Assembly (NCBI GenBank): GCA_044347345.1
Contig: JBIKUX010000015.1
Location: forward strand, 1-64,000
DNA length: 64,000 nucleotides
Direction: 5' to 3'
From: Bdellovibrionota bacterium
GTDB taxonomy: Bacteria; Bdellovibrionota_C; UBA2361; JBIKUX01
Shown here: piece after piece, positions 1 to 9,865 of the stretch
How positions within the stretch are numbered: position 1 is the stretch's first letter
How the letters are laid out: each line of letters starts with the position of its first letter
Notes under the pieces: model-generated
Database searches by the model: none
Told to the model about the DNA's origin: nothing
The model's input: only the letters and a program-made list of their open reading frames with translations
Position numbers and translations under genes: made by a program

Positions 1-86
1 CATATTACAAACTCCTGAGTAATGAGAACGACAATGTTTCCTCTTATACTCGAGAGACTTCGCAATAAGTTGCTAGATATTCTCCT

Positions 87-184
87 CGCTCCTGGCACCA
101 CAGCGTCTCTGACACTATTTTTAGGGGACACTATTTTTAGGGGCGCTCCTGGCACCACAGCGTCTCTGACACTATTTTCAGGGG
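87..184. repeat. Nested direct repeats at the pdxH 3' end: a 35-bp unit at 87-121 and 144-178, plus GACACTATTTTYAGGGG x3
   Basis: CGCTCCTGGCACCACAGCGTCTCTGACACTATTTT occurs exactly twice, 57 nt apart. GACACTATTTTTAGGGG occurs at 111 and 127, with a variant at 168 that contains the pdxH stop. Confidence 0.9.
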
Positions 185-903
185 GCGAGGCGAGAGAGGT
201 GCCAATGGTTGGGTTTGGTTGGTGTTTTGCGATAGGTTAATCTGTCATGAAGGCGGCTTTTTCGACCTTGCCAGAATTCAAAATAAAAGGGTGTTAGCTG
301 ATAACCACCCCAATAATTGGGTCTGACAATCTCTTTGTCTTTCCAAAAATATTCCGTATCAATAAATTTATTCTCTAATTCATCACGACCAGAAATTACT
401 TTACTTTGAGGTGATGCAACAGCCGCAATTTGTGCTTCCCTAGGTCGTGAAGCAAAGTATTGGTCCGAAAGATGCTCTTGTAATTTACTGACGTCTCCCT
501 CGATACGAACCTGTCTTTCAAGTTGCTCCCACCAAAACACCACAGCAACTTGAGGATGTATTGAAAGATCCTGTCCCTTACGACTTTCGTAATTGGTAAA
601 GAAAAAAATTCCCTCACTTGAATACTTTTTCATTAAAACAATTCTAGCGTGCGGCATGCCCTTTTCATCTACGGTACATAAGCACATGCCGTTAGGTTCT
701 TGGATATTTGCTTGACAAGCCTCATCAAACCATCGGCTAAAAAGTAAATTTGGATCGGCTGGACAATGCTCCTCATTTAGACAATTCCGCTGATAATCAC
801 GTCGAAGATTAGAGAACTTCTGATCAGATATTGCTCCTGTTTGTAAATCTGAAGTTTTAATCTCACGATTTTCTTTATTTTTGGTGCCGTTATCATTTTT
901 CAT
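178..903 (-). CDS. pdxH: Pyridoxine/pyridoxamine 5'-phosphate oxidase
   Basis: Motifs RIVLMK, FFTNYESRKG, RQVRIEG, YFASRP, WGGY, EFWQGRKSRLHDR and C-terminal RLAP. Confidence 0.95.
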   Translation of the reverse strand: MKNDNGTKNKENREIKTSDLQTGAISDQKFSNLRRDYQRNCLNEEHCPADPNLLFSRWFDEACQANIQEPNGMCLCTVDEKGMPHARIVLMKKYSSEGIFFFTNYESRKGQDLSIHPQVAVVFWWEQLERQVRIEGDVSKLQEHLSDQYFASRPREAQIAAVASPQSKVISGRDELENKFIDTEYFWKDKEIVRPNYWGGYQLTPFYFEFWQGRKSRLHDRLTYRKTPTKPNHWHLSRLAP

Positions 904-1025
904 TTGTTAGAACTGGATGATTATTAAATATGCCTGTACTAAATATCTTTACGTAGTTATAACTTCAAAAAGAGCTAATCTTAGTTATAGACTACTTTCA
1001 GTCAGTGATTTTTAGAATAGATTGT

Positions 1026-1850
1026 ATGAAGCCAACTAAAGAATTAATGGGTCGCCGGTCACTAGTATTAGGTAGTGCTTCAGTAACAATAGCTGCGCTA
1101 TATGCAACTAGAGCCGCTAAAGCAGACCCTCCTAAGTTAGAAGATAAAGCGGAATTACCCAGCAGTGTTACATCTTCGATTAATGAATTCTCTTCTGAGA
1201 AATTTCCAGCTTCTGTGGCGCCCGCCGTTACCTTAGATTTACCACCGCTTAAATATGGGTACGATTCTCTGAGTGCAGTAATTAATGAAGAGACAATGAA
1301 GCTGCATCACGATGTTCATCATGCTGGATACTTAGATAAATTAAAAAATGCCCTTAAAAATGCTGACGAGATTTTTAGACTAGCGCCTCTCGTAAGTTTG
1401 TTATCCTCCATCAATAAAATTCCTGAAGCTTTGAAAACTCAAGTTGGCAATCAAGGTGGTGGTCATTACAACCATTGCTTATTTTGGGAATCGATGAGCC
1501 CTAAAGGTATAAAATTTCCTACCGGAAAATTAGCTCAGTCTATTGACACCACTTTTGGTAGTTTTACTGATTTTCAAAAAGCATTCGAAAATGCTGGAGT
1601 ATCCCACTTTGGCAGCGGTTGGGTATGGTTAGTCATAAATCAGAAAAAACAGTTGTCAATTATTACCACTGCTAATCAAGATACGCCTCTTGCAAAGGGT
1701 TATGTGCCACTACTGGGTAACGACTTATGGGAGCATGCTTATTATCTGATGTATAGAAATCGTCGTGCAGAATATCTTTCAAAATGGTGGAGCATCGTCG
1801 ATTGGCAAGTAGTTGAAACCCGCTTTCTTAAGACTTTTATAGGTCAATAG
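1026..1850 (+). CDS. sodA: Superoxide dismutase, Mn-type signature, with twin-arginine signal peptide
   Basis: LPPLKYGY, HHDVHH, GGGHYNH, FGSGWVWL, NQD and DLWEHAYY. The N-terminus GRRSLVL + hydrophobic stretch + AKA is Tat-like. ATG 1026 is preferred over GTG 1005. Confidence 0.9.
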   Translation: MKPTKELMGRRSLVLGSASVTIAALYATRAAKADPPKLEDKAELPSSVTSSINEFSSEKFPASVAPAVTLDLPPLKYGYDSLSAVINEETMKLHHDVHHAGYLDKLKNALKNADEIFRLAPLVSLLSSINKIPEALKTQVGNQGGGHYNHCLFWESMSPKGIKFPTGKLAQSIDTTFGSFTDFQKAFENAGVSHFGSGWVWLVINQKKQLSIITTANQDTPLAKGYVPLLGNDLWEHAYYLMYRNRRAEYLSKWWSIVDWQVVETRFLKTFIGQ

Positions 1851-1926
1851 TCGCATTATTAAGTGATAATGTAATTACTAAGTAAGTGTAGGCGTACTAA
1901 TCAGAAGTCCTCTAATCTGCACGACC

Positions 1927-2385
1927 TTAGTCTATAAGTCCCCCGTGAGGATAAAAATTTACTCTCCACCTCCAACGACCGCTGACTTGATATTCTACAA
2001 TAATAGCGTCATATCGTATAGGTGAGCGGTAGCGGAGATACAAAGTGTCTTCCTTTAAGATGTACGCCGCAGTTCTCAATGAATTGCTTTTTTTATGACT
2101 AATAGGCCAATAGGTTTTTATATAAGACGGATTAATTACCGTGCGCGTTTTTACTTCGACAATATGTAGATAGAGTTTACTTTTTGCAATAATATCTATT
2201 TCATAAGCTCCATATCTAATATTGTTTGCGATAATCTGCCATCCCTTGAACCTTAGGTACCATCTAGCAATAAGCTCCCCAATTTGGCCTAGTTCATTAC
2301 TACTCACTCCAGCTTTCCAGAAGCGAAAAAAAAGTGGAATGAGAGTTAAATGGCAGAGTTTTATGATAACGACTATCTGATTCAT
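1927..2385 (-). CDS. yraN: YraN/UPF0102 family putative PD-(D/E)XK nuclease
   Basis: LGQIGE..A..YL..KGW.I...N.R....EIDIIA and VEVKTR. The true start may lie further downstream. Confidence 0.8.
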   Translation of the reverse strand: MNQIVVIIKLCHLTLIPLFFRFWKAGVSSNELGQIGELIARWYLRFKGWQIIANNIRYGAYEIDIIAKSKLYLHIVEVKTRTVINPSYIKTYWPISHKKSNSLRTAAYILKEDTLYLRYRSPIRYDAIIVEYQVSGRWRWRVNFYPHGGLID

Positions 2386-2489
2386 CTGGGATAATATTTC
2401 GATGAATAGATGAAAGTGTTTCTTGTTCTTTCGAAATTTTTAATTATCTGTTACCAAAGACAGCGGTCTAACTATTACCTAGCCTTAAT

Positions 2490-3539
2490 ATGCCATCAAA
2501 TCTCTCTAATTCTAATCAGCAACTATTTTTTAGTTTTGATAACTACTGGCCATTTTATTTAGGGTTTACTCTGTTTGTGCTTCTTTTACTAGCACTAGAT
2601 TTGGGAGTTTTTCACCGTAAAGCTCATAAAGTTGAAATAAAAGAGGCTATCTCATGGTCTTTTGTGTGGATAGCTATCGCTCTAACCTTTAATTATATTC
2701 TTTATCAATATGTTTTCTCAAAAGTAGCTTTCTCTCCTGAACTTCAAGCTCTTTGGGGTTCCCCAGAAACTGTAGCGACTACTCTTAGTCTGGAGTTTCT
2801 TACCGGCTACATCATAGAGAAAGCCTTATCTGTCGATAATATTTTCGTATTTATCGTATTGTTTAACTATTTCTCAATAAAAGAAGAGTATCAGCATCGC
2901 ATATTATTTTTTGGTATTCTGGGCGCTTTATTATTTAGAGCACTGTTTATAGCCCTTGGATCTTTTGTCATGCGTTTTCACTTTGTTTCAGTAGCGCTTG
3001 GTGCTCTGCTTATTTATACAGGTGTAAAGTTATTTTTTTCTTCAGATAAACCGATTGATCCAAGTAAAAATAGAATTCTTAAATTGCTTCATAAATATCT
3101 CCCTGTTTCAGCACATTTTGACGGTCAGAAATTTTTTACGATTGAAAATGGCAGGAGGGTAGCAACTCCAATCCTCGTAGCACTTATATTTGTAGAGCTT
3201 ACCGATATTGTTTTTGCTTTCGATTCAGTACCAGCTATTTTTGCTATTACGCGTGAGCCATTTATTGTTTTCACTTCGAATGTATTCGCTATTCTTGGAC
3301 TTAGAGCGCTGTACTTTTTACTTGCTGCAGTTATGCATCTTTTTCATTTTCTGAAATATGCACTAGGATTTATCCTAGTTTTTGTTGGGCTTAAACTATC
3401 TTTTCTAAATTGGTTGTTTGGTGGTCATTTTCCTCAAGGTTGGTCTCTAGCGATTATTGCGAGTGCTTTAATGATTGCCGTTATTCTCTCGCTGATAATA
3501 AAAAAAACAGGCAGCACTTTGGATAATTCCGTAAGTTAA
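2490..3539 (+). CDS. TerC/Alx family membrane protein (metal, probably Mn, homeostasis)
   Basis: LALDLG, EKALSVDN, QHRILFFG and ELTDIVFAFDSVPAIFAIT..PFIVFTSNVFAILGLR; multiple TM helices. Confidence 0.92.
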   Translation: MPSNLSNSNQQLFFSFDNYWPFYLGFTLFVLLLLALDLGVFHRKAHKVEIKEAISWSFVWIAIALTFNYILYQYVFSKVAFSPELQALWGSPETVATTLSLEFLTGYIIEKALSVDNIFVFIVLFNYFSIKEEYQHRILFFGILGALLFRALFIALGSFVMRFHFVSVALGALLIYTGVKLFFSSDKPIDPSKNRILKLLHKYLPVSAHFDGQKFFTIENGRRVATPILVALIFVELTDIVFAFDSVPAIFAITREPFIVFTSNVFAILGLRALYFLLAAVMHLFHFLKYALGFILVFVGLKLSFLNWLFGGHFPQGWSLAIIASALMIAVILSLIIKKTGSTLDNSVS

Positions 3540-3571
3540 CTTGTAGTTACACTAAGATATCAAAAAATACA

Positions 3572-6500
3572 TCAAGCGTTTAAGTAGTTATCAAGGGCTA
3601 GTTGCAATCGCTTAGCTGAAATAGACTGTTTAGTTCCTAACTCTGGAGCAAAAATAGCAACCTTATACTCTTCTAATAGCCAAAATAAGGGATGACTGCG
3701 TGACCAATTAGCAAGGCTGGTAAATTTATTCGTAAAAGGGATAATTTGTTCTTCCTTTTTCCTATCTTTACCAAGATCAAGTCTGGCTCTTTCCGAACGA
3801 ACTATCAGAGCCTTTAGGTATCTGGGTATTTCTAGTAATGCATTAGGTGGAGTAGTTGAAAATACATTCTGAGGTACTAAATTATCTAATTCTCTTTGAA
3901 TAATTGGATTATTATATTTTTTTTCGATAACGTTTTTTCTCAACGTCAAAATAGTATTGGCAACGGTTACTAGAGACCCCATTATATTGGAAATTTTACC
4001 CTTTGCCTCATAAAAAGCTCTATAAAGTACTTCCTTTGTTGGGGGATATTCAGATGGGACATTGATCACTTGCATTAGTGCTTGATCTGTTAAGCTGCTT
4101 AATAGATCTTCCTTAGATATCCAGAAAGCGATTAAAGGTAAGAGATGCTGAGTTGTAGATTTGACCTGTTTCTCAAGATCCTTAATTTCTCTATGTAAGG
4201 TTTTCATTAGGAGTAATTTACACCCCTCCTGAGATAAGTCATAAGCTATCTTTTGTTCATCGACTAATTTTAATTTTATATATTTTCCCTCTAAAACAAG
4301 TGCGACAAAACAGAAGGTAGAGAGACTTCCGATTGATAGGACTTCAATTTCTGTGGGAATATGTGGTATGTCGTCAATTTTTTCAATGGTGACTTCCCAT
4401 TCATTCCGTAGCTTGTCCCAAGCTGTTTGCTTAAGAGTAGCCGGAGTATCTTCTGATTGTAACTTTTGAAAATTCGAGAGATTTCTACCGGCAAACAATA
4501 AGGATCTTCCATCGTCATCAATTACCTCTATTCTTGGTTGTAAGTGTGTCGGCAGTCTTTCGAAGGTTATGCTGTCCGAATTAATCTTATTTCCAAGGCG
4601 CAATTCAACAAGATGATTGATTGCTTCAATTAAAGGTAGATTGCTACTAAGGCTTTCTTTAGCAATTATTTCCGCCGTTTCCCGAATAGGATGCAGTTGA
4701 GTCCTGTATTCCTTCGGAAGAAGCCGGAGTAATGATAAGACTTGTTCGTATCTTATTCCTGGAACTATCCCATCGAGCATTCGCGGCGGAATATGCATGG
4801 CTAGGTGATAAGGGATTTTAATTGTAATTCCATCACGTTCGCTATTAGCCTCATATCGATAAAAAATAGGACACTCGTAATTATCAATAATAATTTTATT
4901 TGGAAATTCTGTACTCGGCGATATATTCAAATCTTCTTCAGTAAGATCTTCTATTTTTGCCAGAAGTTTGCTATTCCAATCCTCATTCGCACGTCTTAAA
5001 AGACCTTCTAATTCTCGCAAAGAAGAAATTGCTGGTAGTATTGAGTGATAAAAATTAATTAAACGCTCAAGAATAAAATATGAAGAATAACGTCTAGTTA
5101 TTGCCAGCTTATTTGATACTTGTTCACATAGTAACAAATTTTTTTGAACAAATGGTAATGATTCTAAAGATTCTTGTTCAATGATTAAAAGTGAGCGAAT
5201 TAATAGATCCTTGGCTTTAGTTGCGTCAATTTTTGAATAAAAAATTGGTCTCTTCTGTAGGGGTAATCCAAAAATTATAACTTGCTCAGTTGCAGTGACA
5301 GCTTTTTTACAGTCATCCCAATTTGGATCACTGACTGAACGTCGTAAAAGATGTTGACCAAGATCTTCTATCCAAGATGGAAGAACTTCTGCTGTAAGCT
5401 TTGCATATAGTCTATCAGTTTCAATTGTATCTCCTGCTACAATCCAAATGTTTTTCCTTTTTTTATGACGCTTCCTATTATTTACTTCATTTAATTTTAG
5501 ATGCTTTCTTGTTTCATAAAGGGCACTTCCTTTTATGAGAGTCAAGGTACGACCTGCTAAGCCTCTGTAAACATTTTGTTGGATTCGGAAAGCAATTTGA
5601 GCAATAAAACCGCTTAAAATTGCTCGATGGATAGCTCGATATTGACCATCAAATCGCGTAATACTTCTACCATTACTCACGGAAGTAGAAGCGTTATTTA
5701 TAATTAAAGAGGCATTACGATGTTTTTTAAAAATCATTATCTTTGTCAGTTCTTCATGGATATCTATCCATTCTCGCATACGTTGAAAGGAGAGAAATTT
5801 AGATTTACAAAATTTTCTGAGAGAACTTAAGTTTTTTGCCGATTCTCGAGCTTTCTGAGCTTCGTTCCATATAATCAGTAGAGTGAGAAAATCAGAAGAA
5901 TTATGTTGTAATTCGCGATGAGCTTGGGCGGCCTTTTCTTGTTGTTCAATTGGTCTTTCTCGAGGGTCAGGAATGCTTAGCCCCGCGGCAATTACCAAAC
6001 AATCAGCTATAGCTTGCTCTTTTTCAGCTTGAATAAGCATACGTCCAATTGTTGGGTCTACTGGAAGGTTCGCAAGTTTCAGACCAAGAGGAGTTAAGGA
6101 TTTATCTGAGTTAAGCGCCCCTAATTCTGACAAAAGTTGTAGTCCGGCTCTTATTGAGCGAGAATTTGGTGGTTCTAAAAAAGGAAAATCCTCAATAGCG
6201 CCGATATTATACGCTTTCATTAATAAGATAACTTCAGCAAGATTTGCACGATTAATTTCTGGATCAGCAAAGGGAGCTCGCGCAAGAAAATCTTCCTCTG
6301 AATAAAGTCTGATGCATATCCCTTCTTTAACTCTACCTGCTCTGCCAGCTCTTTGATTTGCGCTACTTTGTGCTACTCGTTCTATAGGCAATTTTTTAGT
6401 TCGAGAACGAGGAACATAACGACTTGTACGAGCTAGCCCAGTATCTACCACATATTTGACATTTGGTATTGTGATAGAGGTTTCAGCTATATTTGTAGCA

Positions 6501-7366
6501 ATAATTACTTTGCGTAGCTGTGTATTTTGAAAGATCGCTTCCTGTTCGTTTTTACTTAAATTTCCGTATAGCGGCAGTATTATGTTTTTACTTTTAGCTA
6601 TTATTGAGTAGTCGCCTCGCAGACGTTGTAGAGTATCGCGGATGTCTCGTTCAGAGGGCATAAATACCAGAATATCTCCCTCATTTGAGGAGTCTAGGAT
6701 TTTACGAACGGTACGAATAGCCGCTTCTACATAAGGCACAGTAAAGCGCTCATCATTGTCTGGGTTTGAGCTGTCTTCTGCTTCATCTGAACCTATTGGA
6801 CAATACTTAATCTCAACAGGATAGGTGCGTCCAGATATCTCGAAAACAGGTGCACCGTCAAATGATTTAGAAAATAAGTGTGTGTCTATTGTAGCACTAG
6901 TTATTATTATTTTTAGATCAGTGCGTTCTTTTCGTAATCTTCTGAGGTAGCCAAGAATGAAATCTATATTGAGAGACCTTTCATGAGCCTCATCAATAAT
7001 AATCGCACTGTACTGCTTAAGTTTTGGATCATGACGAATCTCGGTGAGCAAAATCCCGTCTGTCATTACCTTTATAACAGTTTCTCGGGATAAATTATTG
7101 TGAAATCTCGTTTTGCAACCAACTATTGTTCCCCAAGGAACTTCAAGTTCTGAGGCTATACGTTGAGAAATAGATAGCGCAGCAAGACGACGAGGTTGCG
7201 TACAGCCAATGATACCACGATTTGTTAGGCCGGCTTTAAGACAGAATTTTGGTAGCTGGGTGGTTTTCCCTGATCCAGTTTCTCCGGCTACAATAATAAC
7301 TTGATGTGCCTTAATTGCATTTATAATGGTTGCTTGATGCTCAAGTATTGGAAGAGAACTATGCAT
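3572..7366 (-). CDS. hrpA: ATP-dependent DEAH-box RNA helicase HrpA
   Basis: GETGSGKTTQLPK, TQPRRLAA, DEAHER, SAT, ATNIAETSIT and QRAGRAGR; 1264 aa with the long HrpA-type C-terminus. Confidence 0.93.
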   Translation of the reverse strand: MHSSLPILEHQATIINAIKAHQVIIVAGETGSGKTTQLPKFCLKAGLTNRGIIGCTQPRRLAALSISQRIASELEVPWGTIVGCKTRFHNNLSRETVIKVMTDGILLTEIRHDPKLKQYSAIIIDEAHERSLNIDFILGYLRRLRKERTDLKIIITSATIDTHLFSKSFDGAPVFEISGRTYPVEIKYCPIGSDEAEDSSNPDNDERFTVPYVEAAIRTVRKILDSSNEGDILVFMPSERDIRDTLQRLRGDYSIIAKSKNIILPLYGNLSKNEQEAIFQNTQLRKVIIATNIAETSITIPNVKYVVDTGLARTSRYVPRSRTKKLPIERVAQSSANQRAGRAGRVKEGICIRLYSEEDFLARAPFADPEINRANLAEVILLMKAYNIGAIEDFPFLEPPNSRSIRAGLQLLSELGALNSDKSLTPLGLKLANLPVDPTIGRMLIQAEKEQAIADCLVIAAGLSIPDPRERPIEQQEKAAQAHRELQHNSSDFLTLLIIWNEAQKARESAKNLSSLRKFCKSKFLSFQRMREWIDIHEELTKIMIFKKHRNASLIINNASTSVSNGRSITRFDGQYRAIHRAILSGFIAQIAFRIQQNVYRGLAGRTLTLIKGSALYETRKHLKLNEVNNRKRHKKRKNIWIVAGDTIETDRLYAKLTAEVLPSWIEDLGQHLLRRSVSDPNWDDCKKAVTATEQVIIFGLPLQKRPIFYSKIDATKAKDLLIRSLLIIEQESLESLPFVQKNLLLCEQVSNKLAITRRYSSYFILERLINFYHSILPAISSLRELEGLLRRANEDWNSKLLAKIEDLTEEDLNISPSTEFPNKIIIDNYECPIFYRYEANSERDGITIKIPYHLAMHIPPRMLDGIVPGIRYEQVLSLLRLLPKEYRTQLHPIRETAEIIAKESLSSNLPLIEAINHLVELRLGNKINSDSITFERLPTHLQPRIEVIDDDGRSLLFAGRNLSNFQKLQSEDTPATLKQTAWDKLRNEWEVTIEKIDDIPHIPTEIEVLSIGSLSTFCFVALVLEGKYIKLKLVDEQKIAYDLSQEGCKLLLMKTLHREIKDLEKQVKSTTQHLLPLIAFWISKEDLLSSLTDQALMQVINVPSEYPPTKEVLYRAFYEAKGKISNIMGSLVTVANTILTLRKNVIEKKYNNPIIQRELDNLVPQNVFSTTPPNALLEIPRYLKALIVRSERARLDLGKDRKKEEQIIPFTNKFTSLANWSRSHPLFWLLEEYKVAIFAPELGTKQSISAKRLQLALDNYLNA

Positions 7367-7425
7367 GACAGGGTACGGTACTGTGGACTTAAGTTTTAAG
7401 GTTAGTCCAATTTCTATTTATTAAA

Positions 7426-8733
7426 TTGTTTGGAGGGCGTGTCATTAAAATTATGTGGATTACTTTAGTCTGGCCAGAGCCTAATTCGTCGGCGGCGGGT
7501 CTACGGCTTTTTCAATTAATTAAAGGTATGCAATCTGAACATACTGTTAAGGTTGTGTCGCCCTGTAAGACTAATATATACCGAGAGCTTCTTGAATTGG
7601 AAGGAGTTGATACTTGTGTGCTTCCTGCCAATGACCCGAAATTTGATGAGTTTATTCTCTATTACAAGCCAGAGGTTGTTATATTTGATCGCTTTATGAT
7701 TGAGGAACAATTTGGGTGGCGAGTAGCTCTTCATGCACCAAATGCTTTACGCATTTTGGATACCATTGATTTGCATTTCCTTCGTGTAGAGCGACAGAAT
7801 AAGACTGCAAGTGTGGTAGAGGATTGGTCAAATATAGAAAATTTTACATTGCCCTTAGATCATTCACCCACAAGATTGAGAGAAATTTCTGCCATATTTC
7901 GCTCGGATTTGGCGGTATTAGTCTCTTGGTATGAATATGAATGTCTTATTCGCCATTTTAGTTTTCCATCTGATCAGTTTGCAGTTATTCCTATTGGATT
8001 AGATCCTCTTGAAGGTGCTCCTGACTTTGAATCTCGAAAAAATATCGCTTGGATTGGAAATGGTAAGCATCCTCCTAATGTTGATTCTTTGCATATACTG
8101 CTTCAGGCTGTATGGCCTAAACTCAAAGTTGAGTTAGAGAGCCATGGTGTAGGTAGCCCACGATTGCATATTTTTGGAGCCTATCTTCCATCAGGACTTT
8201 TTAAGGAAGTTCCTGATGGTGTCGATGTTTTAGGTAGAGTAGAAGATGCTACTAAAACGTTAGCTAATTTTAGATTAACCCTCGCTCCTTTGCGATTTGG
8301 TGCAGGGATCAAAGGAAAAGTTTTGGATAGTTGGGCTAGTGGTACACCTTGTGTAACTACAGCCATAGGCGTAGAAGGTCTAACGCCCGATAAACTAGTA
8401 ATACCTGATGAATTTTATTGTGAGCTACTAGCTGCCAATCCGGATGAGATGGTTGAAAGAGCGGTTACTCTCTATACTGATAAAATTAAATGGAATAGCT
8501 ATCAATCTACCGCTATTTCAGTAATCAAAGAGCTTTTTTCCGTAGACTTAGTTGTAAAAAAGTGGAAAAGCCTGATTAAACATAACCATAGAGAATTATC
8601 TTCGCATCGCTTCAAGAATGTTATAGGGGCTGCTCTATGGCAACAGCAGATTCGTAGCACTGAGTATTTCTCACGTTGGATTGAAGAGAAAAATGCACAA
8701 AGGATTCATGGGACGAATAAAAAAAGAGACTGA
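7426..8733 (+). CDS. GT-B (GT4-like) glycosyltransferase
   Basis: WPEPNSSAAG, FDRFMIEEQFG, DTIDLHFLR, GNGKHPPN and LAPLRFGAGIKGK...GTPCVTT. Confidence 0.8.
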   Translation: MFGGRVIKIMWITLVWPEPNSSAAGLRLFQLIKGMQSEHTVKVVSPCKTNIYRELLELEGVDTCVLPANDPKFDEFILYYKPEVVIFDRFMIEEQFGWRVALHAPNALRILDTIDLHFLRVERQNKTASVVEDWSNIENFTLPLDHSPTRLREISAIFRSDLAVLVSWYEYECLIRHFSFPSDQFAVIPIGLDPLEGAPDFESRKNIAWIGNGKHPPNVDSLHILLQAVWPKLKVELESHGVGSPRLHIFGAYLPSGLFKEVPDGVDVLGRVEDATKTLANFRLTLAPLRFGAGIKGKVLDSWASGTPCVTTAIGVEGLTPDKLVIPDEFYCELLAANPDEMVERAVTLYTDKIKWNSYQSTAISVIKELFSVDLVVKKWKSLIKHNHRELSSHRFKNVIGAALWQQQIRSTEYFSRWIEEKNAQRIHGTNKKRD

Positions 8734-9136
8734 TAGCCAGAATAATGATGATGAGCAAGTACAGGTTAGACTTGATAAATGGCTTTGGGTCGCTAGATTT
8801 TATAAAACGCGAAATATTGCTCACACGGCGATTGAGGCAGGTAAAGTCTTTGTTGATGGAGCAAGAGCAAAGCCGGGTAAAATAGTTGATGTAGGTCAAA
8901 TTATCTCGATTAGTCTTCCATCTGGACAAATAACTGTGATTGTAATGGCTCTTTCTAAGGTACGTCGCTCAGCCTCATACGCTCAGGATATGTACACCGA
9001 AACAGCAGAAAGTATGACTGCTAGAGAGGCCACAAAATCTATAAAAAATCATCTACAATCTAGGCCACCTGAAAAACGTCCCTTCGGTGAAGCTCGTCGC
9101 GCCCTTAGGCGTCTTAAGGAAGGTGATAATTCATAA
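8681..9136 (+). CDS. hslR: Heat shock protein 15 (S4 RNA-binding domain)
   Basis: VRLDKWLWVARFYKTR...AIEAGKV, AQDMYTET and a C-terminal RP...RR motif. The start is probably slightly downstream. Confidence 0.9.
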   Translation: MKRKMHKGFMGRIKKETDSQNNDDEQVQVRLDKWLWVARFYKTRNIAHTAIEAGKVFVDGARAKPGKIVDVGQIISISLPSGQITVIVMALSKVRRSASYAQDMYTETAESMTAREATKSIKNHLQSRPPEKRPFGEARRALRRLKEGDNS

Positions 9137-9163
9137 GACAAGCTAACAGCTTTATTGGCTTAC

Positions 9164-9733
9164 TTAACTTGCGGGCTTGGATATAGATGACGCTGGACGT
9201 AATTTCATAATTATATTGCGATTTCTCTCTCCCAGAAGCAGGATGTCATTTTGTTGTTCAAAGAAAACTACTAGTCCCAAAGCCTTTAAAAACACCGATT
9301 CTTGCGTCATTAAAGCGCCTTTGCAAGCCATTCTAGTTGTACCAATATTTTCTATTTTGAAATAATTATCAATTTTTTTAATTGATGCAAAATATCGGTT
9401 ACAACCTGTACTGCCACTAATTTTACCGGTTGTATCTATTAGTAATGTTGGATTGCGATTAGTTTGGGAGAGATCAATCACACTTTCGTCAGCCAGAGCA
9501 AGATAAGTTACATACCAAGAGCTCTTAGCTAGAGCCTCTGTTGGGTTTTCGATTGGCTTTATAATTTCAGTTACTCCTTGAGTATGACCTAATTGCTTAG
9601 ATGCGCAGGAGACAAACAGTAAGGAGATAAAGATATTTACCGCAGAAGTTACACTAAATACTTTTCTTGATAATTTCCCAAAAGATTTTTTAAAGTTTAA
9701 TTGGTTGACGCAGTAGTATTTGTTATTTTTCAT
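9164..9733 (-). CDS. META-domain (HslJ-like) lipoprotein
   Basis: Lipobox FVSC; SGSTGCNRY and TTRMAC...E..FLKAL. Confidence 0.85.
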   Translation of the reverse strand: MKNNKYYCVNQLNFKKSFGKLSRKVFSVTSAVNIFISLLFVSCASKQLGHTQGVTEIIKPIENPTEALAKSSWYVTYLALADESVIDLSQTNRNPTLLIDTTGKISGSTGCNRYFASIKKIDNYFKIENIGTTRMACKGALMTQESVFLKALGLVVFFEQQNDILLLGERNRNIIMKLRPASSISKPAS

Positions 9734-9865
9734 TTGGCAGATTATTAATTTACCTTTTTCTCAGTGATTGCATAGTACTTAGAACAAGCTTAGTATGCTC
9801 GCCGTCACTTGAATACAACTAGTGATGAATATTGTTTAAAGTAGCCAAGAGAATGGAGGTTTTTT

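Noticed and set aside
1..20. Minus-strand ATG at 1-3 with AGGAG upstream
   Set aside because: Probably the start of a gene leaving the window, but there is no coding sequence to identify.
87..184. Possible mini CRISPR array (35-bp repeats)
   Set aside because: Only two copies, the 22-nt spacer is itself made of repeat sequence, and there are no cas genes in the window.
22..240. 72-aa + strand ORF containing a repeated APGTTASLTLF
   Set aside because: It is a by-product of the DNA repeat and overlaps the pdxH 3' end on the opposite strand.
2386..2489. yybP-ykoY Mn riboswitch expected upstream of TerC/Alx
   Set aside because: No recognisable conserved motif or four-way junction in this AT-rich leader.
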